Source: an uncultured Methylomirabilota bacterium (GTDB taxonomy: Bacteria; Methylomirabilota; Methylomirabilia; Methylomirabilales; 2-02-FULL-66-22). From it: DNA of 64,000 bases. The DNA lies in the NCBI GenBank assembly GCA_963705305.1, contig OY970067.1:3872001-3936000 (forward strand). Reading direction: 5' to 3'. This document shows, in pieces, positions 52,933-63,140 of the stretch. Numbering within the stretch: the stretch's first letter is position 1; every line of letters begins with the position of its first letter. Both the position numbers and the translations under genes were made by a program. Below the pieces are notes generated by a model. The model was not told the origin of the DNA. It did no database searches and saw only the letters and a list, made by a program, of their open reading frames with translations.

Positions 52933-54645
52933 ATGCTAGAAGAGTTGGTCCATTCGGATGTGACTGAGGACGGGGATCCCGAGGGGCTGGAAGGCTCGGG
53001 ACCTTCCGCAGAGATGCGGGAGATTTACGAGGAGAGCTTCCACGATATCGTCGAGGGCGATATTGTGAAAGGCACCATCCTGGAGATCAAAGACGATGTC
53101 GCGCTGGTCGACATCGGCTACAAATCAGAAGGACTCATCCCTCTCCGGGAATTCCGTACCCCCTCCGGTGAGATCGTCGCCAAGGTGGGGGATGTTGTCG
53201 ATGTGTACCTGGAGCAGAAGGAAGATACGGAAGGGCTCATCGTCCTTTCGCGGGAGAAGGCCGAGAAGATCAAGATCTGGGAGGAGCTCTCCAAGGTTTA
53301 CGAGAAGGGCGAGCCCATCAGCGGAACCATTCTGGGTCGCACCAAGGGCGGCCTCATCGTGGATATCGGTGTGCGGGCCTTCCTGCCGGGGTCGCAGGTG
53401 GATCTCCGCCCGGTGCGCGACCTGGACAAGCTGATCGGGAAGGCCTTCCCGATGAAGATCATCAAGCTGAACCAGAAGCGGGGCAATATCGTCCTGTCGC
53501 GTCGCGAGCTGCTGGAGGAGGAGCGCAAGCACCTCAAGGAGCAGACGCTGGCCGAGCTGGCGGAAGGTAAACGGATCAAAGGCAAAGTGAAGAATATCAC
53601 CGAGTACGGCGCCTTCGTCGACCTGGGCGGGCTGGACGGACTGCTGCACATCACCGATATGTCCTGGGGGCGCATCGGCCATCCCTCCGAGCTGTTCCAG
53701 GTCGGGGATGAGATCGAAGTGGTCGTCCTGAAGTTCGACCGGACCAACGAGCGGGTTTCCTTGGGGTACAAGCAGCGGCTGCCCGATCCGTGGGAGGCGG
53801 TGGAGCAGCGCTATGCAGTGGGGACCAAGCTCACGGGTAAGGTTGTGAGCCTGACGGACTACGGCGCGTTCGTGGAGCTGGAGGAAGGCGTCGAGGGGCT
53901 GGTGCACATCTCGGAGATGTCCTGGACCCAGCGCGTCAAGCACCCGTCCAAGGTCGTGGCCATCGGAGATACGGTGGAGGTGGTCGTCTTGGACGTTGAC
54001 CGCAACAACAAGCGCATCTCCCTGGGCATGCGGCAGGCGGAGCCGAATCCCTGGAACTTCATCGAAGAACGGTATCCCGTGGGCACGCGGGTCGAGGGGC
54101 GCGTCCGAAACCTGGCGGATTTCGGCGCCTTCGTGGAGCTCGAGGAGGGAATCGACGGCCTGATCCACATCTCGGACATGTCCTGGACCAAGCGCATCCG
54201 CCATCCCTCGGAGATTCTCAAGAAAGGGGAGAAGGTAGAGGCCATCGTCCTGCACGTGGACAAGGTCAATCACCGGATCTCCCTGGGGCTCAAGCAGATC
54301 CAGCAGGATCCCTGGCAGTCCAGCGTGCCCGAGAAGTATCGGGTGGGAATGGACGTGCAGGGTAAGGTGATCCGCCTCACCGACTTCGGCGCGTTCGTGG
54401 AACTCGAGGATGGCGTGGAAGGACTGCTCCACGTGTCGGAGCTATCTCACGAGCGAGTGAACAAGCCCGAGGACGTGGTGCAGGTGGGCCAAGAGCTCAG
54501 CTTGAAGGTCATCAAGCTCGATCCGGAGGAGCGCAAGATCGGCCTCAGCCTGCGGGCCTATCTGGAGGAGCAGCACGAAGAGGTCGGGGATGACGACGGG
54601 GGGCGGGGTCGCGGACGACGCCGGCGAGATGAGGCGGAGCAGTGA
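52933..54645 (+). CDS. rpsA: 30S ribosomal protein S1
   Basis: Six S1 repeats (YGAFVDLGG.DGLLH etc.), DIGYKSEG, AFLPGSQVD. Confidence 0.98.
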   Translation: MLEELVHSDVTEDGDPEGLEGSGPSAEMREIYEESFHDIVEGDIVKGTILEIKDDVALVDIGYKSEGLIPLREFRTPSGEIVAKVGDVVDVYLEQKEDTEGLIVLSREKAEKIKIWEELSKVYEKGEPISGTILGRTKGGLIVDIGVRAFLPGSQVDLRPVRDLDKLIGKAFPMKIIKLNQKRGNIVLSRRELLEEERKHLKEQTLAELAEGKRIKGKVKNITEYGAFVDLGGLDGLLHITDMSWGRIGHPSELFQVGDEIEVVVLKFDRTNERVSLGYKQRLPDPWEAVEQRYAVGTKLTGKVVSLTDYGAFVELEEGVEGLVHISEMSWTQRVKHPSKVVAIGDTVEVVVLDVDRNNKRISLGMRQAEPNPWNFIEERYPVGTRVEGRVRNLADFGAFVELEEGIDGLIHISDMSWTKRIRHPSEILKKGEKVEAIVLHVDKVNHRISLGLKQIQQDPWQSSVPEKYRVGMDVQGKVIRLTDFGAFVELEDGVEGLLHVSELSHERVNKPEDVVQVGQELSLKVIKLDPEERKIGLSLRAYLEEQHEEVGDDDGGRGRGRRRRDEAEQ

Positions 54646-54786
54646 GTCGGAGATCGTCCCCCTAACCGGTCGGCTGCTTCGATCATCCCGTCACCGCCGA
54701 TGCGGGCGAACCCCGGGCAGATGTCGGGCGGCTGGCGGTAGACAGATGCGGAGCGGCGGGGTGCGGTGGCACAGGAGGTGGTTTCC

Positions 54787-55068
54787 ATGACCAAGGCCGA
54801 TCTTGTGGAAAAAGTCGCTGCACAGGTCAACTTGACCAAGAAGGACACGGAAGTCGTCATTGATAGCATTTTCAACAGCATCTCTCAGGCGCTGGCCGCA
54901 AAGGCCGATGCCAAGGTTGAGCTCCGCGGTTTCGGCAGCTTTCGAGTTCGTCGACGCCGAGCCAGGCAGGGGCGGAATCCGCAGACGGGAAAGCCGGTCC
55001 AGGTCCCGGCGAAGCGGGTCCCGTATTTCAAGCCAGGCAAGGAGCTGAAGGCTCTCGTCGATTCGTAG
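54787..55068 (+). CDS. ihfB: Integration host factor beta / HU-family DNA-binding protein
   Basis: MTKADL, VELRGFGSF, GRNPQTG, PYFKPGKELK. Follows rpsA. Confidence 0.85.
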   Translation: MTKADLVEKVAAQVNLTKKDTEVVIDSIFNSISQALAAKADAKVELRGFGSFRVRRRRARQGRNPQTGKPVQVPAKRVPYFKPGKELKALVDS

Positions 55069-55140
55069 CCACGCATTCCCAGGGCATCCAGCAGGGCGCG
55101 AGGTGCCCTGCTTTTTCATTCCGCACGACGCACGAGGTGC

Positions 55141-57049
55141 GTGGGTCGGTACGCAACCATGCGGAGGATCTTGGAACGCCCGGCGGACCTGAACCCGCGC
55201 TTCGTCGAGGGTACGGCCCAGGAGTTGGAAGAGCTGTTCGGGTCCCCCCTCCCGGAGCTGCCCGGGGGCCAAGTCGGTACCGGAGAGACCCAGGCCCCGC
55301 TGGTGGATCTCTACCCGGGGCTGCGGAGCAGCCTCCGGGAAGCCGTGGATTTCATCTATGGGCGTCTGGTGGCCAAGGCGACCCCCAAGGAGATGGCCGA
55401 GTTCGACCGGGAAGGCGGCGAAACCCCGTTCGCCCGGGCCGAGCAGGTCTTGGAAACGCTGCTGACGACCATCCTTGAGCAGGAGCGTCGCTTGGGGCTG
55501 CTCAATCTGTTCTGGCTGGCCCACTCCAAGGACGCCGCCGACCTCTTCCACGAGCACTTCTCGAATCCCGGCACCAAGATCAACATCAAGTATCAGATGT
55601 TCCCCTTGATCCGGGGGATCTACCGCAACGCTTACAGCCGGGTGGTGGCCCGCATGCGCGGCCGGCAAGGAAACATGCTGCGCCGGAATCTCGGCGCGGA
55701 CTTCAACGGCAGCCTCATCGATTCCATCATCGATGATCTCTTCCCCCTGACAGAGGTCAGCCTGAGCCGGCTGAATCTTTCCGAGGCGCTGACCGAGAGC
55801 AACAAGCGGTTCCGCCTGACGTTCCGAGAGTATCGCGAGATCTACGCCGTGTGCCGGGAGCGCTTGCGGGAGGGCATCCAGCGGCGCGAAGCGCGGCTCC
55901 TGGATTTGCTCCGGCGCCATCTTCCCTCGATCCGGCCGGAAGCCTGCGATGACGAGCGATCGGCAACGCGGGTCCTCTTCAACAGCGCGGTGCTGCGCTG
56001 GCTGCTCAACGATGTCGCCGGCGTCGGATCCAAGCTGGCAGACAACAAGGTGCTGAGCTCCAGCCTGGGACCCCGGCGGGACTGGAGCGACCTGTTGCAG
56101 GACTACTACGATCTCGTCCGGGCGATCAAGCGGAGCGAGATCGTCGATCTGCTGCGCCAGAGGGTTACGCTGGTGGGGCCGCAGCACGATGAGCTGGAAA
56201 TGCGGGCCAGATACGATGAGGGCCGCCTGTTCCGTTTCCATCCCGATTCCGACGTGATGAAGCTGGCGCGGAAGGTGACGGTCATCTTCGCGGACCTGCG
56301 CGGGTTCACCCGAACCTCCGAGGGCGGGGTCTCCGAGCAGGAGCTGACCCAGCGCCTTTATGCGGTCTTCGACCCGCTGGCGGCGATCGTGGAGCAGCAT
56401 CACGGTCGCATCGACAAGTTCACCGGCGACGGTGTCATGATCACCTTCGGCCTAGAGGGGGTCGGCCGGGATGATGAGCTGAACGCCCTGCGGACAGCGC
56501 TGGCCATCCGGCAGATGACCGGAGAGCTGCGGGCGACGGGGCGAACGCAGTTCGAGATGGGGATCAGCGTGCACACCGGGCGGGCGCAGATCGCCCACTT
56601 TGTTCTGGACGACCGGAACATGGACCGGACGGTCATCGGCCGGAACGTGAACATCGCCGGGCGCCTCTCCGGCTCGGGCAAGACTCAAGCGGGGGCATTC
56701 GAAGGGGAGGATGTGGTGGAGGCTGCGTCATCGACACGGGCGTCTAAAGGGGCGACCCTCGACGTTCTGGGTGGACGAGGACGGCACCCTGTACAATACC
56801 GGCATCGTCGTCAGCCAGGACACCGTCGAGGCGGTGCTCCAGCGAGTGGAGGCTGAGCCGCTGGCGGGCGAAGCGGGCCGCGGGCATCGCTTTCCGGACG
56901 CCGTGCTGGGAAAAAACCTGTTGCTAGAGTATGTGGGCGATGCTAAATTCAAGGGGATAGGCCGCTCGATTGCCATCTACCGGCTGGACCTGGAGGACGC
57001 CAGGCCATCCTCGCCGTCGCCGGCGCCCGTGAGTCGGACGTCCCGATGA
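55141..57049 (+). CDS. Class III adenylate/guanylate cyclase with a large unassigned N-terminal region, +1 frameshift at 56761-56767
   Basis: FADLRGFT, DKFTGDG, TVIG..VNIAGRL. The C-terminus (SQDTVE...KFKGIGRSIAIYRL) is in the 56711 frame. Confidence 0.85.
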
Positions 57050-57537
57050 CTTCCACGCTTTGGGCTCCCTGGCGTATGGCCTACATCACCGGCGCGCGCC
57101 GCCGTGGCTGCTTGCTGTGCGAGATTTTGCGCGAGGAGAACGATCGGACAAATCTGGTGCTCCACCGAGGACCTTTGACGTACGTGGTCATGAACCTCTA
57201 CCCATACAACAATGGCCACCTCATGATCGTGCCATCCCGGCACTGCGCGGACGTGTCCGATTTTTCCCCCCAGGAATCCCTGGAGATCATGCAGGTGACT
57301 CAGGCCTGCACCCGGATACTCCGGCGGGCCCTCGGCGCAGAGGGCTTCAACGTGGGATTCAACCTGGGGAAGGCGGCCGGCGCGGGGATCGCCGACCATG
57401 TTCACTTGCACGTCGTCCCCCGCTGGGCCGGGGACACAAATTTCATGCCGGTCCTGGCGGAAACAAAGGTGATGCCGGAGTACTTGGAGTCGACGTACGA
57501 CAAGCTGGTTCCCCTCTTCCAGGAGCAGGGGAGGTAA
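57046..57537 (+). CDS. HIT-family hydrolase (Ap4A phosphorylase / Fhit-like)
   Basis: LWAPWRM.YI, C..C, NLYPYNNGH, AGAGI..HVHLHVVPRW.GD. Confidence 0.93.
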   Translation: MTSTLWAPWRMAYITGARRRGCLLCEILREENDRTNLVLHRGPLTYVVMNLYPYNNGHLMIVPSRHCADVSDFSPQESLEIMQVTQACTRILRRALGAEGFNVGFNLGKAAGAGIADHVHLHVVPRWAGDTNFMPVLAETKVMPEYLESTYDKLVPLFQEQGR

Positions 57538-57547
57538 GGAGGGCCCC

Positions 57548-58033
57548 ATGCTCATCAAGATGACCGTCCGCGGCATCGCGCTGGACCCCATCACGAATAT
57601 GCCCATCATCATTCTCAAGGACGTGGACGAGCGAAAGGCCCTTCCCATCTGGGTCGGCATTTTTGAAGCCAACGCCATCGCGCTCGAGCTGGAAAAGGTG
57701 TCGACCCCCCGCCCCATGACCCACGACCTGCTCAAGAGCATTCTGGACGGGCTGGGCGTCAGCGTACGCCAGGTGGTGGTCAACGACCTCAAAGACAACA
57801 CCTTCTTCGCGGTGATCGAATTGAGTCACAACGGGACCGCGGTCAATATCGACGCGCGGCCCAGCGATGCCATCGCGCTTGCCCTGCGGGTCAACGCTCC
57901 CATCTTTGTCACGGAGAGCGTGGTGTCGCAGGCCAAGAGCGTCGAGATCGCCGAGGAGAAGGAAGAAACCGACAAGTGGAAGGAGTGGCTGGAAAACCTC
58001 AAGCCCGAGGACTTCGGAAAGTACCGCATGTAG
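57548..58033 (+). CDS. Bifunctional nuclease family protein (DUF151)
   Basis: LPIWVG.FEA.AI, RPMTHDL, DARPSDAIALA. Confidence 0.93.
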   Translation: MLIKMTVRGIALDPITNMPIIILKDVDERKALPIWVGIFEANAIALELEKVSTPRPMTHDLLKSILDGLGVSVRQVVVNDLKDNTFFAVIELSHNGTAVNIDARPSDAIALALRVNAPIFVTESVVSQAKSVEIAEEKEETDKWKEWLENLKPEDFGKYRM

Positions 58034-58150
58034 CGTTCGCGCCGCGACGCGTCGTCCGGCCATCCTTGCGGATGGCCGGACGTTCTTTTTTGGTCCCGCG
58101 GCAGGGCGACGACGCCGTCCGAACGGGCGGCAGTTGGACGCGGGCGGGCG

Positions 58151-59128
58151 CTACCGACCGATCACCTCGGGGTTCACCAGGTGGGGAGGACGCTGCCCGC
58201 CGAGGCCTGCGATGCAATTCTGCACCGCCACCATGACCATCCGCGCTCTGGTCTCGACCGAGGCGCTGGCGATGTGCGGGGCCAAGACGACGTTTTTTGC
58301 CCCCAGCAGCGCCCGGTCGATCTTCGGCTCTCTTTCATAAACGTCCAAGCCCGCCCCGGCAATCTTTCCCTCTTTGAGCGCCTGCACCAGCGCCTTCTCG
58401 TCCACCACGGGGCCGCGGGCGGCGTTGATGAGGATGGCCGTCCGCTTCATCAGTGCAAATTCCGCGTGGGACATGTAGCGGGTTGTCTCGGGGAAGAGCG
58501 GGATGTGCAGGGAGACGAAATCGGACTCCCGCAGCAGCGTGCGCTTGTCCACGTACATCACACCGTAATCCCGTTCGGTGCTTTCGTCGATCCGCTGGAC
58601 ATCGGTGTAGATCACTCGCATGTCGAAACCCTTGGCGCGGCGAGCCACTCCCCTTCCGATTCGGCCGAACCCCACGATCCCCAGGGTCTTGTGGTGCACG
58701 TCGCACCCCAGGAAGTGCATGAGACTCCAGCCGGCCCACTTTCCCGAGCGGAGAAACTTATCCGCCTCGACGACCCGGCGAGCCGTCGCCAAAAGCAGGG
58801 TCCAGGTGAAATCGGCGGTGGTGTCGTCCAGCACTCCCGGGGTGTTGGTGACCATCACCCCGCGGCGTGTACACGCCTTGACATCGATGTTGTTGTACCC
58901 GACCGCCACGTTGCTGAGGATCTTCAATTCCGGACACTGCACCAGCAGGCGCTCGTCGATATTGTCGGTCACGACGATGAGGGCGCCCGCCTTGCCTTGC
59001 AGCTTCTTTACCATCTGGGGATGGCTGAGGGCGGCGTCCCGTTGGTTGGATTCCACTTCAAAATGTTTTCCCAATAAGGCCAGTGCCTCTTCAAACACCT
59101 TCCGCGTGACCAAAACCTTCGGTCGCAC
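58151..59128 (-). CDS. D-2-hydroxyacid dehydrogenase (glyoxylate reductase / D-glycerate dehydrogenase)
   Basis: AVGYNNID, TNTPGVL, GFGRIG, NAARG, GLDVYEREP, PHIASA. AAGGAGG RBS before the GTG. Confidence 0.93.
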   Translation of the reverse strand: MRPKVLVTRKVFEEALALLGKHFEVESNQRDAALSHPQMVKKLQGKAGALIVVTDNIDERLLVQCPELKILSNVAVGYNNIDVKACTRRGVMVTNTPGVLDDTTADFTWTLLLATARRVVEADKFLRSGKWAGWSLMHFLGCDVHHKTLGIVGFGRIGRGVARRAKGFDMRVIYTDVQRIDESTERDYGVMYVDKRTLLRESDFVSLHIPLFPETTRYMSHAEFALMKRTAILINAARGPVVDEKALVQALKEGKIAGAGLDVYEREPKIDRALLGAKNVVLAPHIASASVETRARMVMVAVQNCIAGLGGQRPPHLVNPEVIGR

Positions 59129-59445
59129 TGGAACCTCCTTTCGAGCGCACATCTACCGTAATATAGCTCAGAATGGGTGTGAATTTATGTATGCGCCAAT
59201 ACCCTGTCAAGCACTTTCTGGAAGGAAGGCCCATTGCAATGGCAGCTCCTGGCAGTGTCCAGGGAGGTGTGCAAGGGCGTAACGCCTTGTCACGGTTGAA
59301 CCACCCGATCCCGGTAAGCCTTCTGCAGACCTGAGGTTGGCTTGACACCCCCCGCCCCGGATGATACAAAATGCCAGTCTTTCTCCGAAGATACCTGGTG
59401 GCGGGGATCCACCGGACGCGGGGGCGGTGAAGTGGGGACAAAAGA

Positions 59446-61020
59446 ATGACCCACCGGATGCGCGCAATCGATGGCGGTCAGGGAGAGGGCGGCGGCCAGA
59501 TCTTTCGTACTGCCCTGGCTCTGGCGTCGATCCAGGGTGTACCGGTTGAGATCAGGAATATCCGGACCCAGCGACCCGTTCCCGGCCTCCAGGCCCAGCA
59601 CCTGGCGGCGCTTCGGGTGCTGCAAGACATCAGCAGGGCGCAGGTGACAGGCGCCGAAATAGGATCTCAACGCGTGACGTTCATCCCCGGGACTCTCCAG
59701 CCGGGCGAGTACCGGATCGATGTGGGAACGGCGGGCGCAGTCGGCCTGGTCTTGCAGGCGATCGTCCTGCCGCTGTCCCTGGCGGCCGGCCCGTCGAGGG
59801 TCCGGCTCACGGGTGGCACCCATGTTCCCTGGAGTCCGTCGGCGGACTACCTGCGGGATGTCCTTCTGCCGGCCCTGCGCACGATGGGGATCCGGTCGGA
59901 GATGCAGATTCGGCGGTGGGGCTTTTATCCCAAAGGGGGAGGCGAGGTGACGGTCGAGATCGAGGGGGGTGCCCAGCTGCGACCGCTGACGGCGGTCCGT
60001 CGAAGCCAGGCGCTGCGTGTCCGGGGCGTCTCCGCGGTGGCGAATCTGCCCCGGGAAATCGCCGTGCAGGAGGCCGAAGATGCGCAGCGGCAGCTGGAGC
60101 GGGAAGGGTGGACGGCGGATATCCAGGTGAGCGAAGTGCGGGCAGCGGACGAGGGGAGCTTTTTGACGCTGGTGGCGGACGGTGGGGGACTTCCTGCAGG
60201 CTTTTCGGCGCTCGGGGGGCGCGGCCGATCCCCCGGCGAGCTGGCCAGCGCAGCCGTCAGGGCATTCCTGGAGTTCGCCAAGAGCGAGGCGAGCTGCGAA
60301 CCCTACCTGGCGGACCAGTTGGTCCTGGCGATGAGCTTGGCTCGCGGGACATCCCGGATAACGACGTTGCGGATCACCCCGCATCTCCTCACCACCATCC
60401 AGCAGGTTCAGCATGTGCTGGGGTGCCCCGTGGAGGTCAGAGGCGACGAGGGGAGCCCGGGAACGGTGACGATCGAGGGGGTCGGCGGCGCCGCCGCTGC
60501 CGGCGCCGCGCGCGCAAGCCGCCCGGTGGCGCAGCGGCCCCAGCCGCCAGCAGGAGCCGGCGGGGGATCCTCCGTCCGCAAAGCCGCGGCGGCGGATGTT
60601 CCCGGCATGCAGCGGCTGCTGGCCCACTTTGCCGCACGCGGCGAGGTGCTGCCACGGACGCTGAATGAACTGTACCAGCGCCTGCGGGATTTTTTCGTGT
60701 GCGATCTCAACGGGGAGATCATCGGCATCTGCGCGCTGTCGATTTACTGGGAAGATTTGGCCGAGGTCCGCTCTCTGGCCGTTCAGGGGGCGCATGCCGG
60801 AAAGGGCTTGGGCAGCATGCTGGTGGAGGCCTGCGTGGCCGAAGCGGCGGCGTTGGGCATTCGCCGCGTCTTTGCGCTGACCTACCGGCCGGGGTTTTTC
60901 GAGAAGCTGCATTTCCATGTCATCGACAAGCAGGAGCTGCCGCAGAAGATCTGGCAGGATTGCTTGAAATGCGCCAAGTTTACCTGCTGCGACGAGGTCG
61001 CCCTCATTCGGGAAACGTAG
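59446..61020 (+). CDS. rtcA: RNA 3'-terminal phosphate cyclase fused to a C-terminal ArgA-like GNAT acetyltransferase
   Basis: IDG..GEGGGQI.R, GGTHV.WSP, GFYPKGGG, YLADQL, PHLLT. Ala/Pro/Gly linker, then LPR...ELY...RDF...WEDLAEVRSLAV...G.G...FALT...FFEK...KIW.DC..C. Confidence 0.9.
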   Translation: MTHRMRAIDGGQGEGGGQIFRTALALASIQGVPVEIRNIRTQRPVPGLQAQHLAALRVLQDISRAQVTGAEIGSQRVTFIPGTLQPGEYRIDVGTAGAVGLVLQAIVLPLSLAAGPSRVRLTGGTHVPWSPSADYLRDVLLPALRTMGIRSEMQIRRWGFYPKGGGEVTVEIEGGAQLRPLTAVRRSQALRVRGVSAVANLPREIAVQEAEDAQRQLEREGWTADIQVSEVRAADEGSFLTLVADGGGLPAGFSALGGRGRSPGELASAAVRAFLEFAKSEASCEPYLADQLVLAMSLARGTSRITTLRITPHLLTTIQQVQHVLGCPVEVRGDEGSPGTVTIEGVGGAAAAGAARASRPVAQRPQPPAGAGGGSSVRKAAAADVPGMQRLLAHFAARGEVLPRTLNELYQRLRDFFVCDLNGEIIGICALSIYWEDLAEVRSLAVQGAHAGKGLGSMLVEACVAEAAALGIRRVFALTYRPGFFEKLHFHVIDKQELPQKIWQDCLKCAKFTCCDEVALIRET

Positions 61021-61068
61021 CGATCCAGGGGGTGGACGTTCCGGTGGGTCCGGCCCATCGGAGAGCCG

Positions 61069-61362
61069 ATGATGAGCAAGCGGTGCGAGAAGTGCGGGCG
61101 AGAGATGCCTGACGGCAGTCTGGCCTACGAGGTCAGGATCCAGGTGCTGGCCGATTTCGACGGCCATCTCTCCGAGGCGGAGGCGACCCGGGAGGAGACC
61201 GATGCCCGGTTGCGTGAGGTGCTGGCCCAGGCGGCGGAGCACGATCCGGTGGCCCTGATGCGGGAGGTCTACCATGCGGAGCAGCACCTCCTCTGCCCGG
61301 GCTGCCGGGATCGCTACCTGGCCAATCCGCTGAACCTGCCGCACCCCGACGAGCGGGCATGA
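61069..61362 (+). CDS. Small protein with CxxC...CxxC (putative Zn-binding)
   Basis: CEKC near the N-terminus, LCPGCR near the C-terminus. Confidence 0.65.
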   Translation: MMSKRCEKCGREMPDGSLAYEVRIQVLADFDGHLSEAEATREETDARLREVLAQAAEHDPVALMREVYHAEQHLLCPGCRDRYLANPLNLPHPDERA

Positions 61363-61608
61363 AAGGCCGCATGCCGTGCGCCGCTTGGCCCCCCTCGCCG
61401 CTGGAACTGGCGGCCGATGCCCGCTGCGGCGTGGGCAAGTCGGCTCACGATCGGGACGGGGGTCCGGCCGGCCGTCGGTCCGTGTCGGGGGTCTCGCCGC
61501 AGAGAGATTATCGATGGAGGCGGGCGGAGGGGGTCCGGATCTTCGTGGTGACGGGTGAGACGGACAGGCAGGCCTCCCCGGCGGCGGAGGGGCACGAGGA
61601 GACACCGC

Positions 61609-62145
61609 ATGGCTGACGCGGAACAAGAACTGGTGGATCGCCTCAAGGGGGCCGCAGCCTCGCCGGCCAGCGAGCGTCGGGGGAAGATCCTGGAGGTGTT
61701 TGTAGGGGCGGTGCGCGAGGCGCTCCACCTCAAGCCCGATGAAGTGGCCGTCCTCCTGCTCAGCGCGGATCGCACGATGCTGCATTTCATCTATCCGCCC
61801 GCCTTGGCCGAGCGGGGAAGAAACGCGTTCCCGCTTATTGTTCCCAGCGTCGCGGGGCAGGTCGTGCGCACCGGCAGGGGCCTGCTGACGAACGAGATGC
61901 GGGACACGCCCCGGCTGGCCTTCTACGAGCGTGTCCGCAGCACCGAGTCCGATCCCCTCGAGATCCGAAAGCTTCTGGCGGTCCCCCTGCGCAACGCAGA
62001 GGGGAAAGCGGTCGGGGTCGTCGAGGCCAGTCGTCGCGGCGCCACCCACGCCGCCAGCGGTCCGAATTTCCTTCCAGAGGATCAGCTCCTCCTGGAGCGT
62101 CTGGTCGGCACGGCATCCCCGCACCTGATCGAAGCGCTCGCATGA
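61609..62145 (+). CDS. Stand-alone GAF-domain protein
   Basis: SVAGQV.RTG, LLAVPL...VGVVE, F..EDQ.LL. GAGGAG RBS. Confidence 0.8.
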   Translation: MADAEQELVDRLKGAAASPASERRGKILEVFVGAVREALHLKPDEVAVLLLSADRTMLHFIYPPALAERGRNAFPLIVPSVAGQVVRTGRGLLTNEMRDTPRLAFYERVRSTESDPLEIRKLLAVPLRNAEGKAVGVVEASRRGATHAASGPNFLPEDQLLLERLVGTASPHLIEALA

Positions 62146-62408
62146 GCGGCAGCCTTCCCGTCCGGATGCGTGTGTGGAACGTCATGGGACGCTGATGCCT
62201 GTCGGGAGAGTCGGGACGCTCAAACCAGCCGGCGGGCTGGCCCTCCTCCGGCGCAAGGGGCATCGGCACAGGTGGAGTGCTGGATTTCAAGCCGCCCTGC
62301 GGGATAGCTGAAGGATGGAAGCGAAGCGGCGGGCCGGCACGGTGTCGCGCCGCCTCGGGCGCCCCGAAACCGAAGCGCACCTTTTCACGGAGTGCGGAGG
62401 GATGGCGT

Positions 62409-62855
62409 ATGCGACCGCTTGCGATGGGATTCGGCGTCCTGCTCTTCTATCTGGCCGTGCCCGGTGTGATCGGGGCGGCCGAACTCTCCCCCGGGCGATA
62501 TCAGATGTTTACGGTGCCCGGGCAACAAACATGGCTGTTCCTGCTGGATACGGCCACGGGCTGCACCTGGCAGTTGGGCCAGAATCCGGAGACCAAACGA
62601 CTCACCTTTGTTGAGACCGACGTGGAAAACCTCCATTGGACTTGGGGAGGAGGCGCCCAAGGGCGGATCGCCGAGCGGATCGATGCCTCGAATCTCCCGG
62701 AGGATCAGAAGCGCACGCTGAAGCGGGAACTGCAGCAGACGGCCTGCGGATGGTCCCCGGTGGTTCAGACGCCGGCCCCATCGGCGGCGTCTCCCCAAGG
62801 GCCGGGAGGCGGGACACCGGCGCCGGCGGTGGGGCTGGCACCCAAGACCCCCTAG
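62409..62855 (+). CDS. Hypothetical exported protein
   Basis: Signal peptide, GRYQM...LLDTATG.TW motif, Pro-rich tail. GGAGG RBS. Confidence 0.6.
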   Translation: MRPLAMGFGVLLFYLAVPGVIGAAELSPGRYQMFTVPGQQTWLFLLDTATGCTWQLGQNPETKRLTFVETDVENLHWTWGGGAQGRIAERIDASNLPEDQKRTLKRELQQTACGWSPVVQTPAPSAASPQGPGGGTPAPAVGLAPKTP

Positions 62856-63140
62856 CGGCCGATTTCGAGGGGGGGGGAATCGTCGGGAGAGCGGCGAGAA
62901 TCCGGGGGGACCGATCCCGGCGGGAGGCGATGCTTTTGCCTTGACAAAGGTTCGGAGCATGCTCAGCATTCGCCCATTATCTGCGGAGGAGGGGTGCGAT
63001 GCGGACGCGTGTCTCTCTCGCGACGATGGGAGCCCGAAGCGCGCGCGAGAGGCGGTCCGCCGGTGCGAAGGACACTATGGGCTCCGGCGGTGATCTCGGA
63101 GGATCGGGCAGGGTGTCGGCAGACTGATTGGAGAAGTGCT

